Source: Antechinus flavipes (taxonomy: Eukaryota). Taken from it: a stretch of 64,000 bases of DNA. The position numbers were made by a program, and so were the translations under genes. The stretch is from the NCBI RefSeq assembly GCF_016432865.1, contig NC_067399.1, positions 218,984,001 to 219,048,000 on the forward strand. Direction: 5' to 3'. This document shows, piece by piece, positions 48,891-61,640 of the stretch (positions are counted from its first letter, which is position 1; each line of letters begins with the position of its first letter). The notes under the pieces are model-generated. The model was not told the origin of the DNA. It made no database searches and saw nothing but the letters and a program-made list of their open reading frames with translations.

Positions 48891-49963
48891 ACAGATTTAG
48901 AGCTAAAAAGTATACTAGATTATCTAGTCCAACCCCTTCATTTTATTGAAGGCCTAGTGGGGTTTGCTCAAGGTCACATAGGTAATTAGTACCAGAAGAA
49001 GGATTTTAACCTAGGTCTATGACTCCAGAACCAACGTTCTTTCAACTATATCCTACTATCTTACAAATATTCCAAATGTATATCTGCTTGCTTAATATTT
49101 TAACAATTAGTATAGTGCTACAGTACAAAGAACACAATTGGGAATTAATATGCATGGATATCCCACAAAGAAAAACACTGAACAGAATTACATGCTCATT
49201 AAGCCTGTCTGCTCTAACCTTTTAGGTAGGGTGATTGAGTGAAGTGATGTGTGTACTAAGTAATATATACTTAGTACATTTTACATACAAAGTACAGTTG
49301 TATATATTTATAGATATATAAAAATATTTCATTAAACAATAGTATCATTATCTTCTATTAATATGATAAATATATTAAATGTTATAAATATATTTATAAA
49401 TATTTATTCAATAAATATGCATTATATACATACATGTACATATATTACTATTATGTATGCTTTGTAGATACATATCTATAAAGCATACTAAGTAGTATAT
49501 AGTATGTAAACATATTTGTATACATAATTGTCCCTTTATATAAAAAGCATATTTAGTATATTTATGTGTGTAAATATATGCACATATATAGTATTACTAA
49601 GTCATGTGTATATACATACACGTAACTGTTCCCAACACATACTTTATACTCGCACACACAGAATAAATTAAGCAGTGTACTATTTGGTAATATATTAAGT
49701 AAGTAGATACACACACACATACTTATGTGTGTATGACAATTGTGTGTATTTACTTCCAATAATTCTATTCAAATCCATATATATACACATATATGCATAT
49801 ATAGACAAATATGTGTGCATATATATACATACATACACATGCACACATACACAGTAAATTAAGCAGTATACTAATTATTAAAATATTAAGCAAGCAGATA
49901 TACATACATATAATTCTACTCAAATCCATATATATATAATAATATAATATAATATATGCACAC

Positions 49964-49971
<8 letters not shown>

Positions 49972-50008
<37 letters not shown>
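49972..50008. repeat. (CA)n microsatellite at the end of an AT-rich low-complexity block (about 49250-50008)
   Basis: Seen directly in the sequence. Confidence 0.95.
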
Positions 50009-50009
<1 letters not shown>

Positions 50010-53000
50010 TTTAATAAAATCTTCAAGGCCCAGGTTAAATGTCACTTCCTCTATGAAGCCTTTCCCCAGTTAAATGTTCTCTATCCCTTGTCTAATCATC
50101 TAGAACACTGTAGAAACTTGAAATTTTTCTATCCAATTCCAGCACACAGAAAAGCATTATCCTAAGTATTACTGTTCTTTGTGTCCACTTTTCATCACTA
50201 TTGTCAGACTATGTCTTTTTTTCTAGAGACCAGTACAAGGTATCTGCACACTGTAAGGACTCAATTAAATATTTGTTTGAATGGTTGGGAAAAACAAGAA
50301 TAATGCACGTCAATGATATCAGATTTCATTAATAATAGACACAGCAGAACAGAATTCTAAGCAAGAAGATTCCTTGGAGACCACGAAGTCTAATGTCTAC
50401 ATTTTATTTTTTAGGAAGGAGCTGAGCATCAGAGAAGGAGTCATGTTCAAGATCATCCAGGTAAATCCCAGAACCTAGATGTTCAGACTCTTAATCTGGA
50501 ACTTTTCTATATTAGGTCACATATTTTCTCTTCTCTTCTTTATCTCTAGCCTGCAGTTCCATGCAAAAGGAACTAAATTATTGTGGAAAACATCATCTAC
50601 ACACAACCTCCTACAGATATTACAAAAATATATCACAAACAGAAATACTGGGGCAGAACCCTGAATTTGTCATGACTCTTAAACTTGAGAGCTGGTATTT
50701 GCTCTTAAGGACAAGAGATGGAAAAATAACTACTGAGGTGGTAGGGCATTGTGATGAAGTGGGAAAAACGTGAACTCAAGGAAAAGGACTATGACTTTAG
50801 CCTTTGCTCTGCTACTATAAAGCTGTGTGACTTTGCAAGTCACCTCTCAGGGAGTCAGTCTGCTTGCCCATAAAAGAAAAAGGGGCTGGACTAGATAATT
50901 TCTATATTTCTTCCTGGCTCTCACAATAAAGCAAGGTAGAGAATGGGAAGGAAATGGTGGTCTGGGAAATACCAGATCAGAAACATTCCAACTACTTTTT
51001 AATGAGAAGCACAGAAAAATCTCACTCAAGAAATAGGGAGTCATCCCCATCATTGGGATTGTCACATTAGGTTGAAAGCTTGATTTGAGTAAATTCTGAG
51101 AATAGGGAGAGAACACACATTTTCCTGGAAACCCAGATTTGGAGGTAACCCGACTATAAAAAAGCCTGCATAAAAGCAATTAGCCATGAATTCGGCACAG
51201 ACGGCTGTTGTTTTTGACCCACTGAGATAATCATACAGCTGCACGGTGTCCAAAAATGGAACTGGTAATTTGTCATCTCAGCCCAGCCCCCAATTCTTCC
51301 TGCTCTGAGACCCTAAAACTAGCAGCACATTTGCTGTCCAACCAAATCCACTTCTGGCAATGCCCCTGGGGTAGGAATCATCCAAGACTGAGCTCTAAAA
51401 AATAAACATGAGAGACACTTAAAACATGCAACTAAATGCACACACACAAATATCTCCCCCACCCCATCCCACCCCCCCCATCCTTCCTCTTCCTCTCCAC
51501 ACTAGTCTTTTAGCCTTGTGGCAGAGCGCTAAAGAACCAACCTTTATAAAAGTTAGTCAGACAATGATAGTAGTAAGTATTTTCAATTCTTTAGCACATT
51601 AAGGGTTACAGAGTCCCTTCTTTATGACAACTTAGCAGTGAGAAGGGCAAGATTTATTATCTCATATTACAGATGAGGAAACTGAAAGCCAGAGATGACT
51701 TATCCAAGATCATAAAATTACTTGGAGTTGGAGCCAGAGGTCTATTGAGTTTAGATCCGGCTTTTTTTTTTTTTTTTTAACAGAACACTACTGATGCCTC
51801 TCTGTCATGTTATGAAGTGATAAATCAGCTAGCAATCTAAACAAACACATATTATCTGCTTCCTGTGCCAAGGGAAACCTATTTAACCCCCAGTTTCATT
51901 GAGGGCTCAGGGCATGACAAACACATAAAATCCATTTCTAAAAGCCTTTGATGAAAAGAAATAAAACATGGGAAAAAACACAAACACATTAAGTACCCAG
52001 AGTCCTGTTGTAGATGTGGCAGCTGACCATTTGCCAAGGGAGGGTATTTCCTTATTCCACCTGGTCTACAGTTTTAATGACTGATTAAGGCTTAAGACTG
52101 AAGTAGGAGAGATTGGGCGAACTCAGCCCAGCCACCTAGAATGTTCGAACTGGAAATGATTTAAGTGTCTTTATGCATCCAACCTCTTCATTTTATAGAT
52201 CATAGGCCTCTTAGTTCAACCTATCCATTTCACAGATAGAAACTGAGGCCCAGTGAGGGGAAGTAACTTTCCCAAAAGAAGGGAAGTAGAACTAGAATTG
52301 AGGTTTTCTTAACTCCCAGTCCAGGCAATGCTCCTTCTACTGCATCACAAATCACAAGTGCTGGGAGTATTGCAATTAATGACAAAAACAGAAGCTTCCT
52401 CCCCACTCCCAGATATCTCTTTCTTCCCTTTCACCAAATGAAGTTTATAGCATTTATTTTTGCCTCATCCCTTGGTTGTTGCTATAGAACTGCATATGGA
52501 TGCAAAGGGCACCTAAAACCTGGTTTCTAGACTCAGTTCTGTCACTGGCTTAGTGTGTGACCCTAGGGAAAGCAACTCATCTCTGTAGACCTCAGTTTCT
52601 TCATCTGTAAAAATCAAGGACCTCAATTAAATCAGTGGTTTCCCCATTGACTGGCTTGCAAATCTCAAAATACACAAATATAGTTTCTATAGGTTAAAAA
52701 AAGGACACATATGTATCATAATTTATCAAATGTATATAAAATTATTATGACTATTAAAACAAGTTCACTTATTGAATTCATAGATACTTCTCAGTGTGTA
52801 CTTTCTTAAACAATGATATCAATAGTATTGATTAGGTAAAAGAGGCACCAGGAGTGGTAAATGGAAAAAGATCTATTGGGGAGAGCAACAGATGGTAAAA
52901 AGAATATCATATAAAAGTTTACAACATGGAGCAACCATGACAGGACATCCATCACACGTTACAAAGGGAGTTCCCTTTACCAAAGAAATCACTGGTACAG

Positions 53001-56000
53001 TCCATATCTCTATCCTAATAGTAGAACCAAAACTAACTTGGTTTCTATACCCATATATGGGTATATTTAGATATTCAGTGTTCCCATTTCCCTACTTTCC
53101 CCTCTGACTTACAATGATAGATCAGTTTTTAGCTTTGTCTCTTTGGACTTCTGGGGATTCTAAAGAGTATTTGATGAGCAGAGTTTCCCTTTAGGAATAT
53201 TATAATTTCTTTCCTTAATATTTTCCCCTTTTTTGGGAAGCTGTTATTCCTAAATTTAGTCTTTTTTGATTCTTTCATTTCTACCTTGTTTGGGGAGTTT
53301 TTTCCCAAGCGCATGGAGATCATGTTACTAAATGACATCAATTCCATTAACTCCATTTTTTAACACTATCATTATGTATATTGTTTTCCCAGTTATGTTT
53401 ACTTTACTTTGCATCTGTTCAAGTCATGAAATGACTCCCTATATTCACTGTTTCTTAGAATACTGTTTTATTTCATTACATTCATGAAGCACAATTTGTT
53501 TAGTCACTTCCCAATTGATTGGCATCTATTTTGTTTTTAGTTCTTTGTTATCATGAAAAAGTTCTGCTGTAAGTATTTTGGTGGAAATCAATGATTCAGT
53601 TCATCAAAAAATGACTAAATAATAATAATGCAAAATATACATATTCATAGATAGCAAGGTACTCAGGGACTCAGTCTGGTAGAATTGAAAAATTGTTATC
53701 ATTGACAGATGGAAACATAATAATTTGCTTTACATTGACCCATAATGACATAATGGCAAAAAAAGAACCCCCTTTTCACCAACTTCCACTACTAATCTAA
53801 TTTTATATACTACACCATTATTATTTCAGATTCTTTCTTAATACCAATGGAAACATTTTGCTTGGTGACCATCTGTCTAAATCCACTGTCATTCAAAAAA
53901 CTGGCTTTGTCATTGACACCTGGGGGAAAAAACACATGTGGACATAGAGGCTACATTGTTCAGAGGGAACTCAAGCTGAACCAACTGCTGAAGAATCAAA
54001 CCTTCAGTCCCTTCCTGGGGACAGGCACTGTAAATTGATAATAAACTAAAATAGGCACTGATTGATAATCAGCTGAACTTAGAACTGAATAAGATGAAAG
54101 CAAAAAGATCTCAATTAAGAAATTATAGATCCCTTTTCAATATGATTCCATGAACTGCACACTGCTGTCAAAGTATTTCTTTTCAAAAGCAACATACTTC
54201 CAGTGATGTTGTAATTATGATAGGATTTAGAAGAATCAAAATTGCAGATCTCCCAAAGGGCAATGGAAAGACACAAGATGAATCTAAGCAGGCAGTACAG
54301 TACAGTGGATAGGATGCTGACCTGAATTTAACTGTTCTCAGAAACTTACTAGCTCTGTGACTCTCGGCAGTCTTATTACCTCTTTTTGTCTCAATGGACT
54401 GTTGTAAGGATCAACTGAAATGATATTTGTAAAGCAATGAACACACTGCCTGGTATATAGTAGGCACTCAATGAATGCTTACTTATATTCACTTCCCTTC
54501 ATTTCTCTACATAACCAATAGCGACTTATTTGTAAAATATAAAGGATAGCATAGTGGATAAGTGATGGCTCTCTCTCGCTAATTTTTTTTTTTTTTTTTT
54601 TTTTTTTTATGTAATGTCGATTTACAAAAGACTGTAAAAAGGAGAAGGGCCATTCATGATGTGAAAATGATAATGGATGTTCTAAACTTCTCTACAGGCA
54701 TCCACAGATTAGCAAAAAGATTAAGAGAAGGCCTCAGGGCCATTGGAGGGGACTTTTTAAAAATTTCATTTTCTCAACTAATGAAAATCTATTTTTTTTT
54801 CCTACTTCCCTGTAACATGTGCATAGTCAAGCAAACAAATTCCTATAGAAGATTTATAGACAAAAACTGCCTAGGATGGAAAGAAGGGGAGAGTTGGAGA
54901 GATTATTCATTTAAATGTCACTACTATTTATGTAAAATATAACATTTCCTTAACTCAATTAAAAAAAATTCTTGTTCTATCCTCTTGGGCAGCCCCTAGC
55001 TAATATGGAACAGCTTGATATTCTAAGACAGCCTCTGAGCAAATCACTAAATCATTAAATTTTACTAGGTCATTTGCAGAAAGTTATAAACTCACTAGAA
55101 GAAGAAACAGATAAAGAAGTTAATGGCTATTGTTCTTAGTTACTAAAGATTACTTTCTGGTCTCAGATTGATTAAAGGAATAATAATAATTAGCATTTAT
55201 ATTGTGCTTTATGGCTTGCATAATGCTTTATAGATCTTATATAGTCCTCACAATAATCCTGGAAGGTAAGTGCTTTAATCATCCCCAACTTTCAGATGAG
55301 GAAACTGAGGCAGACAAGACATTAAGTGACTTGTCCAGCATCAAATAGCTAGTTAAATGTTTGAGGCCCAATTTGAACTCATGCCTTTCTGACTCTTGAT
55401 GTAGCACTCTATCTCCACTGTGCCATCTAGTTGTCTAAGGGAAAAGGGTAAATGGTCTGGTAAATCCCAGGGAATTCAGAGAGAGAATCTGATACTGACA
55501 ACTTTTTCTAACAGGCCTGTGGCCATTTAGTATCTCAGAGAAGGGAAGAGAGACATTATTGTGGAATGGATCTGGGCACCAATCCTGATGTTGCTACTTA
55601 CTGCTCATGTAATCACAGTGTGGTAGATTTAGAACTGGAAGAGACTTCAGATGTCATTTAGGGCAACACCAGCATTTCACAGATGAGCAAACTGAGGCTC
55701 AAAAAGGCTAAGTGTCAGAGGCAGAATTTGAACTACAGCTAATTCTCTTCCCATCCTACCAACTGGATCTAGGACAAATCACTTCGAATCTCTGAGAATC
55801 AGTCTCTTTATCTGTAAATCAGAAGCAATTAACACCAGCCTTGTCTACTTCACAGTTCAAGAATCATTCTGTTGGACTAATGTAAGGGACTTTTAATATT
55901 GTTATTATTATTTTACCTATTTTCCCAGAGAAGGGGAATACAATTTTCTTTAGATGTTATCCCATCTCTACTTTTCATTGGGACATAAGATCATAGATTC

Positions 56001-56952
56001 AGAGCTGAAAAGAAGCTGAATTGTCATCAAATCTAAATTCCTTATCTCTGCTCTTCCCCTATCTACCTCTACTCGACCCTTCTTCCCATCCAAATCCAAT
56101 CCTCATAAAATAACTTACCCAAGGCCAGCAGAATTCAGAATCAGAATTGAGGTGGAAATTTCCAGGCTCCCAGATTCCAACTTTTAAGGCCAGACCGCTA
56201 GACCATGCCCCTGAAAGAGAAGACAGGTACCTGCTGTCATTCACCCATCAATGAAGGCTTAACAAGGCTCTGGAGTGGAAGCCCCAAGTGCGTATACCAG
56301 GCTGCAAACTTCTTTTTGAGTCAGCTTGCTTTTTATTCAGCCTGCTAGCTGTGGAGACTGTGCCACCCTATACTGAAATAAATAAAAATCACAGTTCTTG
56401 GCCAAAGCCCAAGCTTTTAATTGCTAGATGTTTCTAGTAGGTGGCTCGGGCAGGCTGTGATCAGAAGCTGCCTTCTGAGAAAAGGAGCAGCCAGCCTCAT
56501 CTTCTGAAAGTGCCCTGCATAGTAACAAGGAAGGTGGTGGGTGGGAGAAGAATAGTGGGGAGAAGGATGAGTGGAGCAAGTGCAACCCCATCAATGGAGT
56601 TACAAAGCAAAAACCAACCTGAGCTCTGGGGCCACAAGATGGTGCAGTAGATGGAACTTTGTACAGTCACAAAGTCCCGAGTTCAAGTGTGATCTCAAAT
56701 GCTTAATTTCGAACTGGGTGATCCTGAGCAAGGCACTTTACTTCTGTCTGCCTTGACAATAACATGAACTCTCATAGCACTTCCTTTTTGCCTCTCATAG
56801 AATTGACCGTTCTGCCTTGTAGTATTATACATTTATTAAGCTTGCTGCATTCTAGTGGAGAGCTAGAAAAAACCTTAGAGATAATCTAGTCCAAGGGTTC
56901 TTTGTTCATATTTATTTCATAGACTGGCACTCTAACGAAAACAATAGGCCCT

Positions 56953-57335
56953 CAATAGAGCAGTAATGAACTGAACCAGCTACACCCAAGGAAATAACTC
57001 TGGGAGATGACTATGAACCACTACATAGAATTCCCAATCTCTCTATTTTTGTCCTCCTGCATTTTTTATTTCCTTCACAGGCTAACTGTACACTATTTCA
57101 GAGTCTGACTCTTTTTATACAGCAAAATAACTGTTTGGACATGTATACATATATTGTATTTAACTTATACTTTAATATATTTAACATGTATTGGTCAACC
57201 TGCCATCTGGAAGAAGGGGTGGGGGGAAGGAGGGAAAAAATTGGAACAAAAGGATTTGCAACTGTCAATACTGAAAAATTACCTATGCATATATCTTGTA
57301 AATAAAAAACTATAATAATAAAAATATTTTTAAAA
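56953..57335 (+). mobile_element. 5'-truncated L1 3' UTR inserted in a Charlie-type hAT MITE
   Basis: Similar to the 34478-35118 3' UTR. A-rich tail. TSD AATAGGCCCT at 56943-56952 and 57336-57345. Confidence 0.85.
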
Positions 57336-57957
57336 AATAGGCCCTTCTCAAAATCATGTTTCTAGATGCAGAAGATAAAATATAAAATATTACAAATAAA
57401 ATAAAATTGTGTTGACTATCAAAGTTAATATAACTATATTTCCAAAAAAAATCATGGATCCCATGTTAAAACCTCCTAATCTAGTCCAAATGCCTCATTT
57501 TACCACGGAGGAGATTGAGATCCAGAAATGATTTTTCTAAATTAAAAAAGGAAGAATTCCAATCCAGTCCTTCTAACTCATTTCAGTATTAATATTTATT
57601 GTTTATAAAGCACTTACTTTTTACTAGGCATTATGCCAAGCACTTTACAAATGTCTCATTTGAGCTTCACAACAACCCTGGGAGGTAAAGGATATTGATA
57701 ACCCTATTTTATAGATGAGTAAATAGAGGCTTTATGACTTGTCCACAATCATATCTTGCTAAGTATCAGAGGCCAGATTTGAATTCAGATCTCCTTGACT
57801 CCAGGTTTTTTTTGACTCCAGACTCTAGATTCAACTCCTTAAGTATTTCACAAATTAGTTTCTCTCTCTCTCTCCCCCTCTCCCCCTTTCCCTCTTTTTC
57901 TTTTTGTCTCTCACACACATACTTTAAATATTTTATTTTTTTCAATTATATGTAAAC

Positions 57958-58109
57958 TTTTTTTTTTTTTTTTTTGCTGAGACAATTGGGGCTAAGTGAC
58001 TTGCTCAGGTCACATAGCTAGGAAGTGTTAAGTGTCTGATACCAAATTTGAACTCGAGTCCTCCTGACTTCAGAGCTGGTGCTCTACCTACTACACCACT
58101 AGCTGCCCC
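57958..58109 (-). mobile_element. WSINE1-like SINE inserted in an old L1 3' fragment
   Basis: Same structure as 16736-16887, with a long poly-A tail. Confidence 0.8.
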
Positions 58110-59574
58110 AACATTTTTAACATTTAAAAAAAATTGAGTTTGAAATTCCCTTATATCCCTCATTGAGAAGGCAAACAATTTGACATACACTAGGCATGTA
58201 CTGTCACATAAAACATGGTTTGTAAGTTTCTTAAAGGATGAAACTCAGTTGTGGATTTCTTCTTCTTTTCCTTCTCCCCATACATTCAGAGGGTTGCTGG
58301 GTGGCTCAGAGGATAGAGCACAGGTCCTGAAGTCAGAAAGTCTCAGTTTTCTGAATTCAAATACTGTCTCAGACAATATCTGTATGACCCTGGGCAAATT
58401 CACTTAATCCTTTTTCCCTCTGGTTCCTCATCTGTGAAATGAAATGGCGAAAAAAATGGCAAAACACTCCAGTGTCTTTGTCAAAAAATTCCAAATGAGA
58501 TCACAAAGAATCAGAAAGAACTGAAAAAAAAAAAAACACAGCACTCAAAAATACATTCAGAAAAAAGCCTTGTATACAACAAACTCCCAATAAGGATTTG
58601 TTAATAAAAGTATGAAATCTCATGAAGTTTTTTGTACCCCATTCCTTTCCCAAGGCCCAGTATTAGGGATAAAGGGATGGAAGATCACCTATTCCAGTCC
58701 TTGAATGTTTTCTTTTAATTAACTTTGCATCCAGAAGGGAAAAGAATGTACCTGAAGAATGGCAATAGGGTTTTTTTTCTTTCTGCTTAATGGCCTCATT
58801 CCCTTAGGAAGGTATTAAAAGCTTAAAACATACATGCAGCAAATTATATTGATAGTTTCAATATAGTTTCAGCCTGCAACACAGGCTGAAATTCTGCTTT
58901 GAATTCTACAAGCCAAGTGCTCTGAATTGGAAGGAATGAGAGTTGGTATAGAATTCCCATATACCACGAGATAGGAGCCTAAGATAGGTAGGGAACATGG
59001 AGGAGATAATTCTCTCATTTGCCATATGTGTGGCACTGAGAATATCACGTAATTTTCCTGAGTCCATTTTCTTATCTCTAAAATGAATCACATTGGGTAG
59101 ATCGGCAAGATTTCTTCCAGACTGAACGATGCAGTGCAATGATAATCAAGATTCAAATGCTAAAGATGAAGCAGGTACTCATCTGCTGAAAGAAACATAA
59201 TGGACTCAAGATATACAACGAAACTTACTTTTTTGGACAAGGATAAGGAAGGATGATTTTTTTGTGTGTTTATTCATGCATATTTGGTACAAGAGTTTTT
59301 GTTTTCTCTTTTCTTCAATGGGTAAGGGTGGGAAGGAAAAAATTACTGATAGGAATCCTTACGCCAAAAGAGAAGAGGACTAGAATGGGATAAGCAAGAC
59401 AGCTTTGAAAGTTAAATATTGTTTTTATTAGTATTCCTGGCTCAAGGGACAGTCTTTGAAAAGATTCAGAATGAGGAATTAGGAGAATACCTAGTAGATC
59501 AGTTTGTTCAGAAAAACCGTTCTCAAACTTTTGAAGCTTGAGACCTCTTTACACCCTTAAAAAATTATTGAAGA

Positions 59575-60303
59575 TCAACTTGGGATGGAAAATGCCAACT
59601 GCTGATTGATGTCAGTTCCAATAATCTTGTGATGAAGAGAGCCATCTACACCCAGAGAGAAGACTATGGAAACTGAATGTAGATCATAACGTAACATTCT
59701 TACTCTTTTTGTTGTTGTTTGCTTACATTTTGTTTTCTTACTCATTTTCTTTCCTTTTGATCTGATTTTTCTTGTGCAGCAAGAGAAATTGTATACATAT
59801 GTTTATACATATTGGATTTAACACCTATTTTAACATGTATAACATATATTGAATCGCTTGCCATCTAAGGGAGGGGATGGAGAGGAGGAAGGGAAAATCA
59901 GAAACACAAGGCTTTGTAAAGGACAATATTGAAAAATTAACCATACATATGTTTTGAAAATAAAAAGCTTAAAAAAAGAAAATGCCATCTGCAACCAGAG
60001 AGAGAACTATGGAGACTGAATGAGGACTGAAGCATACTATTGTCACCTCCCTCTTTTTAATTTACTTTTTTTTTCTTGTGGTTTTCTTTTTTGTTCTGAT
60101 TTTTCTTTCACAAAATGACTAATATGGAAATATGCTTAAAATGACTGTGCATATATAATCTATATCAGATTACTTGCTTTTTTGGGGAGAGGAGAGATAA
60201 AAGAATGAGGGAGAAAAATAAATTTGGAACTCAAACTCATACAAAAATGAAAGTTGAAAACTCTCTTTACATGTAATTAGAAAAACAAAATACTATTGAA
60301 TTA
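59575..60303 (+). mobile_element. Older L1 3' end containing a younger L1 3' end (59598-59977)
   Basis: Outer TSD AAAAAATTATTGAAGA (59559-59574 / 60304-60319). Inner TSD GAAAATGCCA (59588-59597 / 59978-59987). Two separate A-rich tails. Confidence 0.8.
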
Positions 60304-61429
60304 AAAAAATTATTGAAGACATCCCCTAAAGATTTTTTTAATGTGGGTTATATCTGCCAACATCTAAACTAATAGAAGTTAAATATTTTAATATTATTAT
60401 GAAAATAGCTTTGAGGGCAGCTAGGTGGCAGAGTGAATAGAGTACTAGACTGGAGTCAGAAGGATTTGAGTTCAAATCTATCCTCAGATACTTGATATTT
60501 ACTAGCTGTATGAACCTGGGCAAGTCAGCTAATCACAAATCTCACACACACACACACACACACATACACAGAGCTTTGACAAGTGCACATGTCTAGCAGA
60601 GAGGATGTGTATATTGGGACTAAGGAGAAAGGATAGATTTGGGAATCATCTGCACAGAGATATTAGTTAAACTCATAAAAACTGATGAGATGGGCAAGAA
60701 AGAATACAGAGCACAATAAGATAAAGAAGCTTGACATATACTTAGCCAAAGGTGCAGAACATAAGATTATGATTTTCATCTTGGGGCCTCCATCTTCTCA
60801 CTTGTCAAACATGGATAATAATATTGATGGGATCTACCACACAGGATTATCATGAAATTCAAATGATAAATGTGCAGTCAGTTGTTATTATGTAGACATT
60901 CCCAGAGTAACTGAACTTTACATTTGTATTATATTTAATACCTTTCAAAATTCTTCAACGTAAATTAAAGCTAAAAATAATCTCTCTTGTGTGTATATAA
61001 TACCTCAGAATTTGTGAAACATTTTCACAAACATTACCTCAGCTGATTCACCTAAAAATTCAGAGGCAGGCCAAGCAAGTATGATTTCCCTTTTTATAGA
61101 TAAAATAACCTCATTTGTGAGAAGATGCAGAGAAAAGCCAAAATGATAACAAAGGACTTTGATATCTCTCATCAGCTGAAGGAACTGAGACTAGAAGAGA
61201 AATTTTGTAGATTCCTTCAAATCATTTAACCTTATTTACCTCAGTTTCCTCATTTGTAAAACAGGCTAGAGAAAGAAACGGCAAAGCAGTCCAGTGCCTT
61301 TTACCAAGAAAACCCCAAATGGGATCACAGAGAGTAGACATGACTGGAAAAACTGAATAACAAATCTTCAACTCTTCCAGGCCCTGTCAAGTAAGATTAG
61401 TACATTCATTTTTTGCTTGGTTCCAGTGA

Positions 61430-61640
61430 GCAGAGGTAAGAACAGTGGTAGAAGATGCAGAGAGGCAGATTTTAGTTCAAGGAATGGAACAATTTCTTCA
61501 CAATTTCAGCTCTCTAAAAATGCAATGGCTGCCTTGGCAAGGAGTGGATTCTTTTTTCTAGGTCACCAGACCAAACATAGACAACAACTTAATGGAGATT
61601 TAGAAGAAGAAATTCCTATTCAAGTAACAACTGGTGTAGA
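61430..61640 (+). mobile_element. CR1/L3 3' fragment
   Basis: aacaatttcttcacaatt.cagctct...aatggctgcctt matches the degenerate L3/MIR3 3' motif. Similar pieces at about 2960-3170 and 39840-40045 (-). Confidence 0.45.

Noticed and set aside
56231-56372. Possible 142-nt minus-strand exon
   Set aside because: Weak donor (CAG|GTACCT) and an A-interrupted pyrimidine tract.
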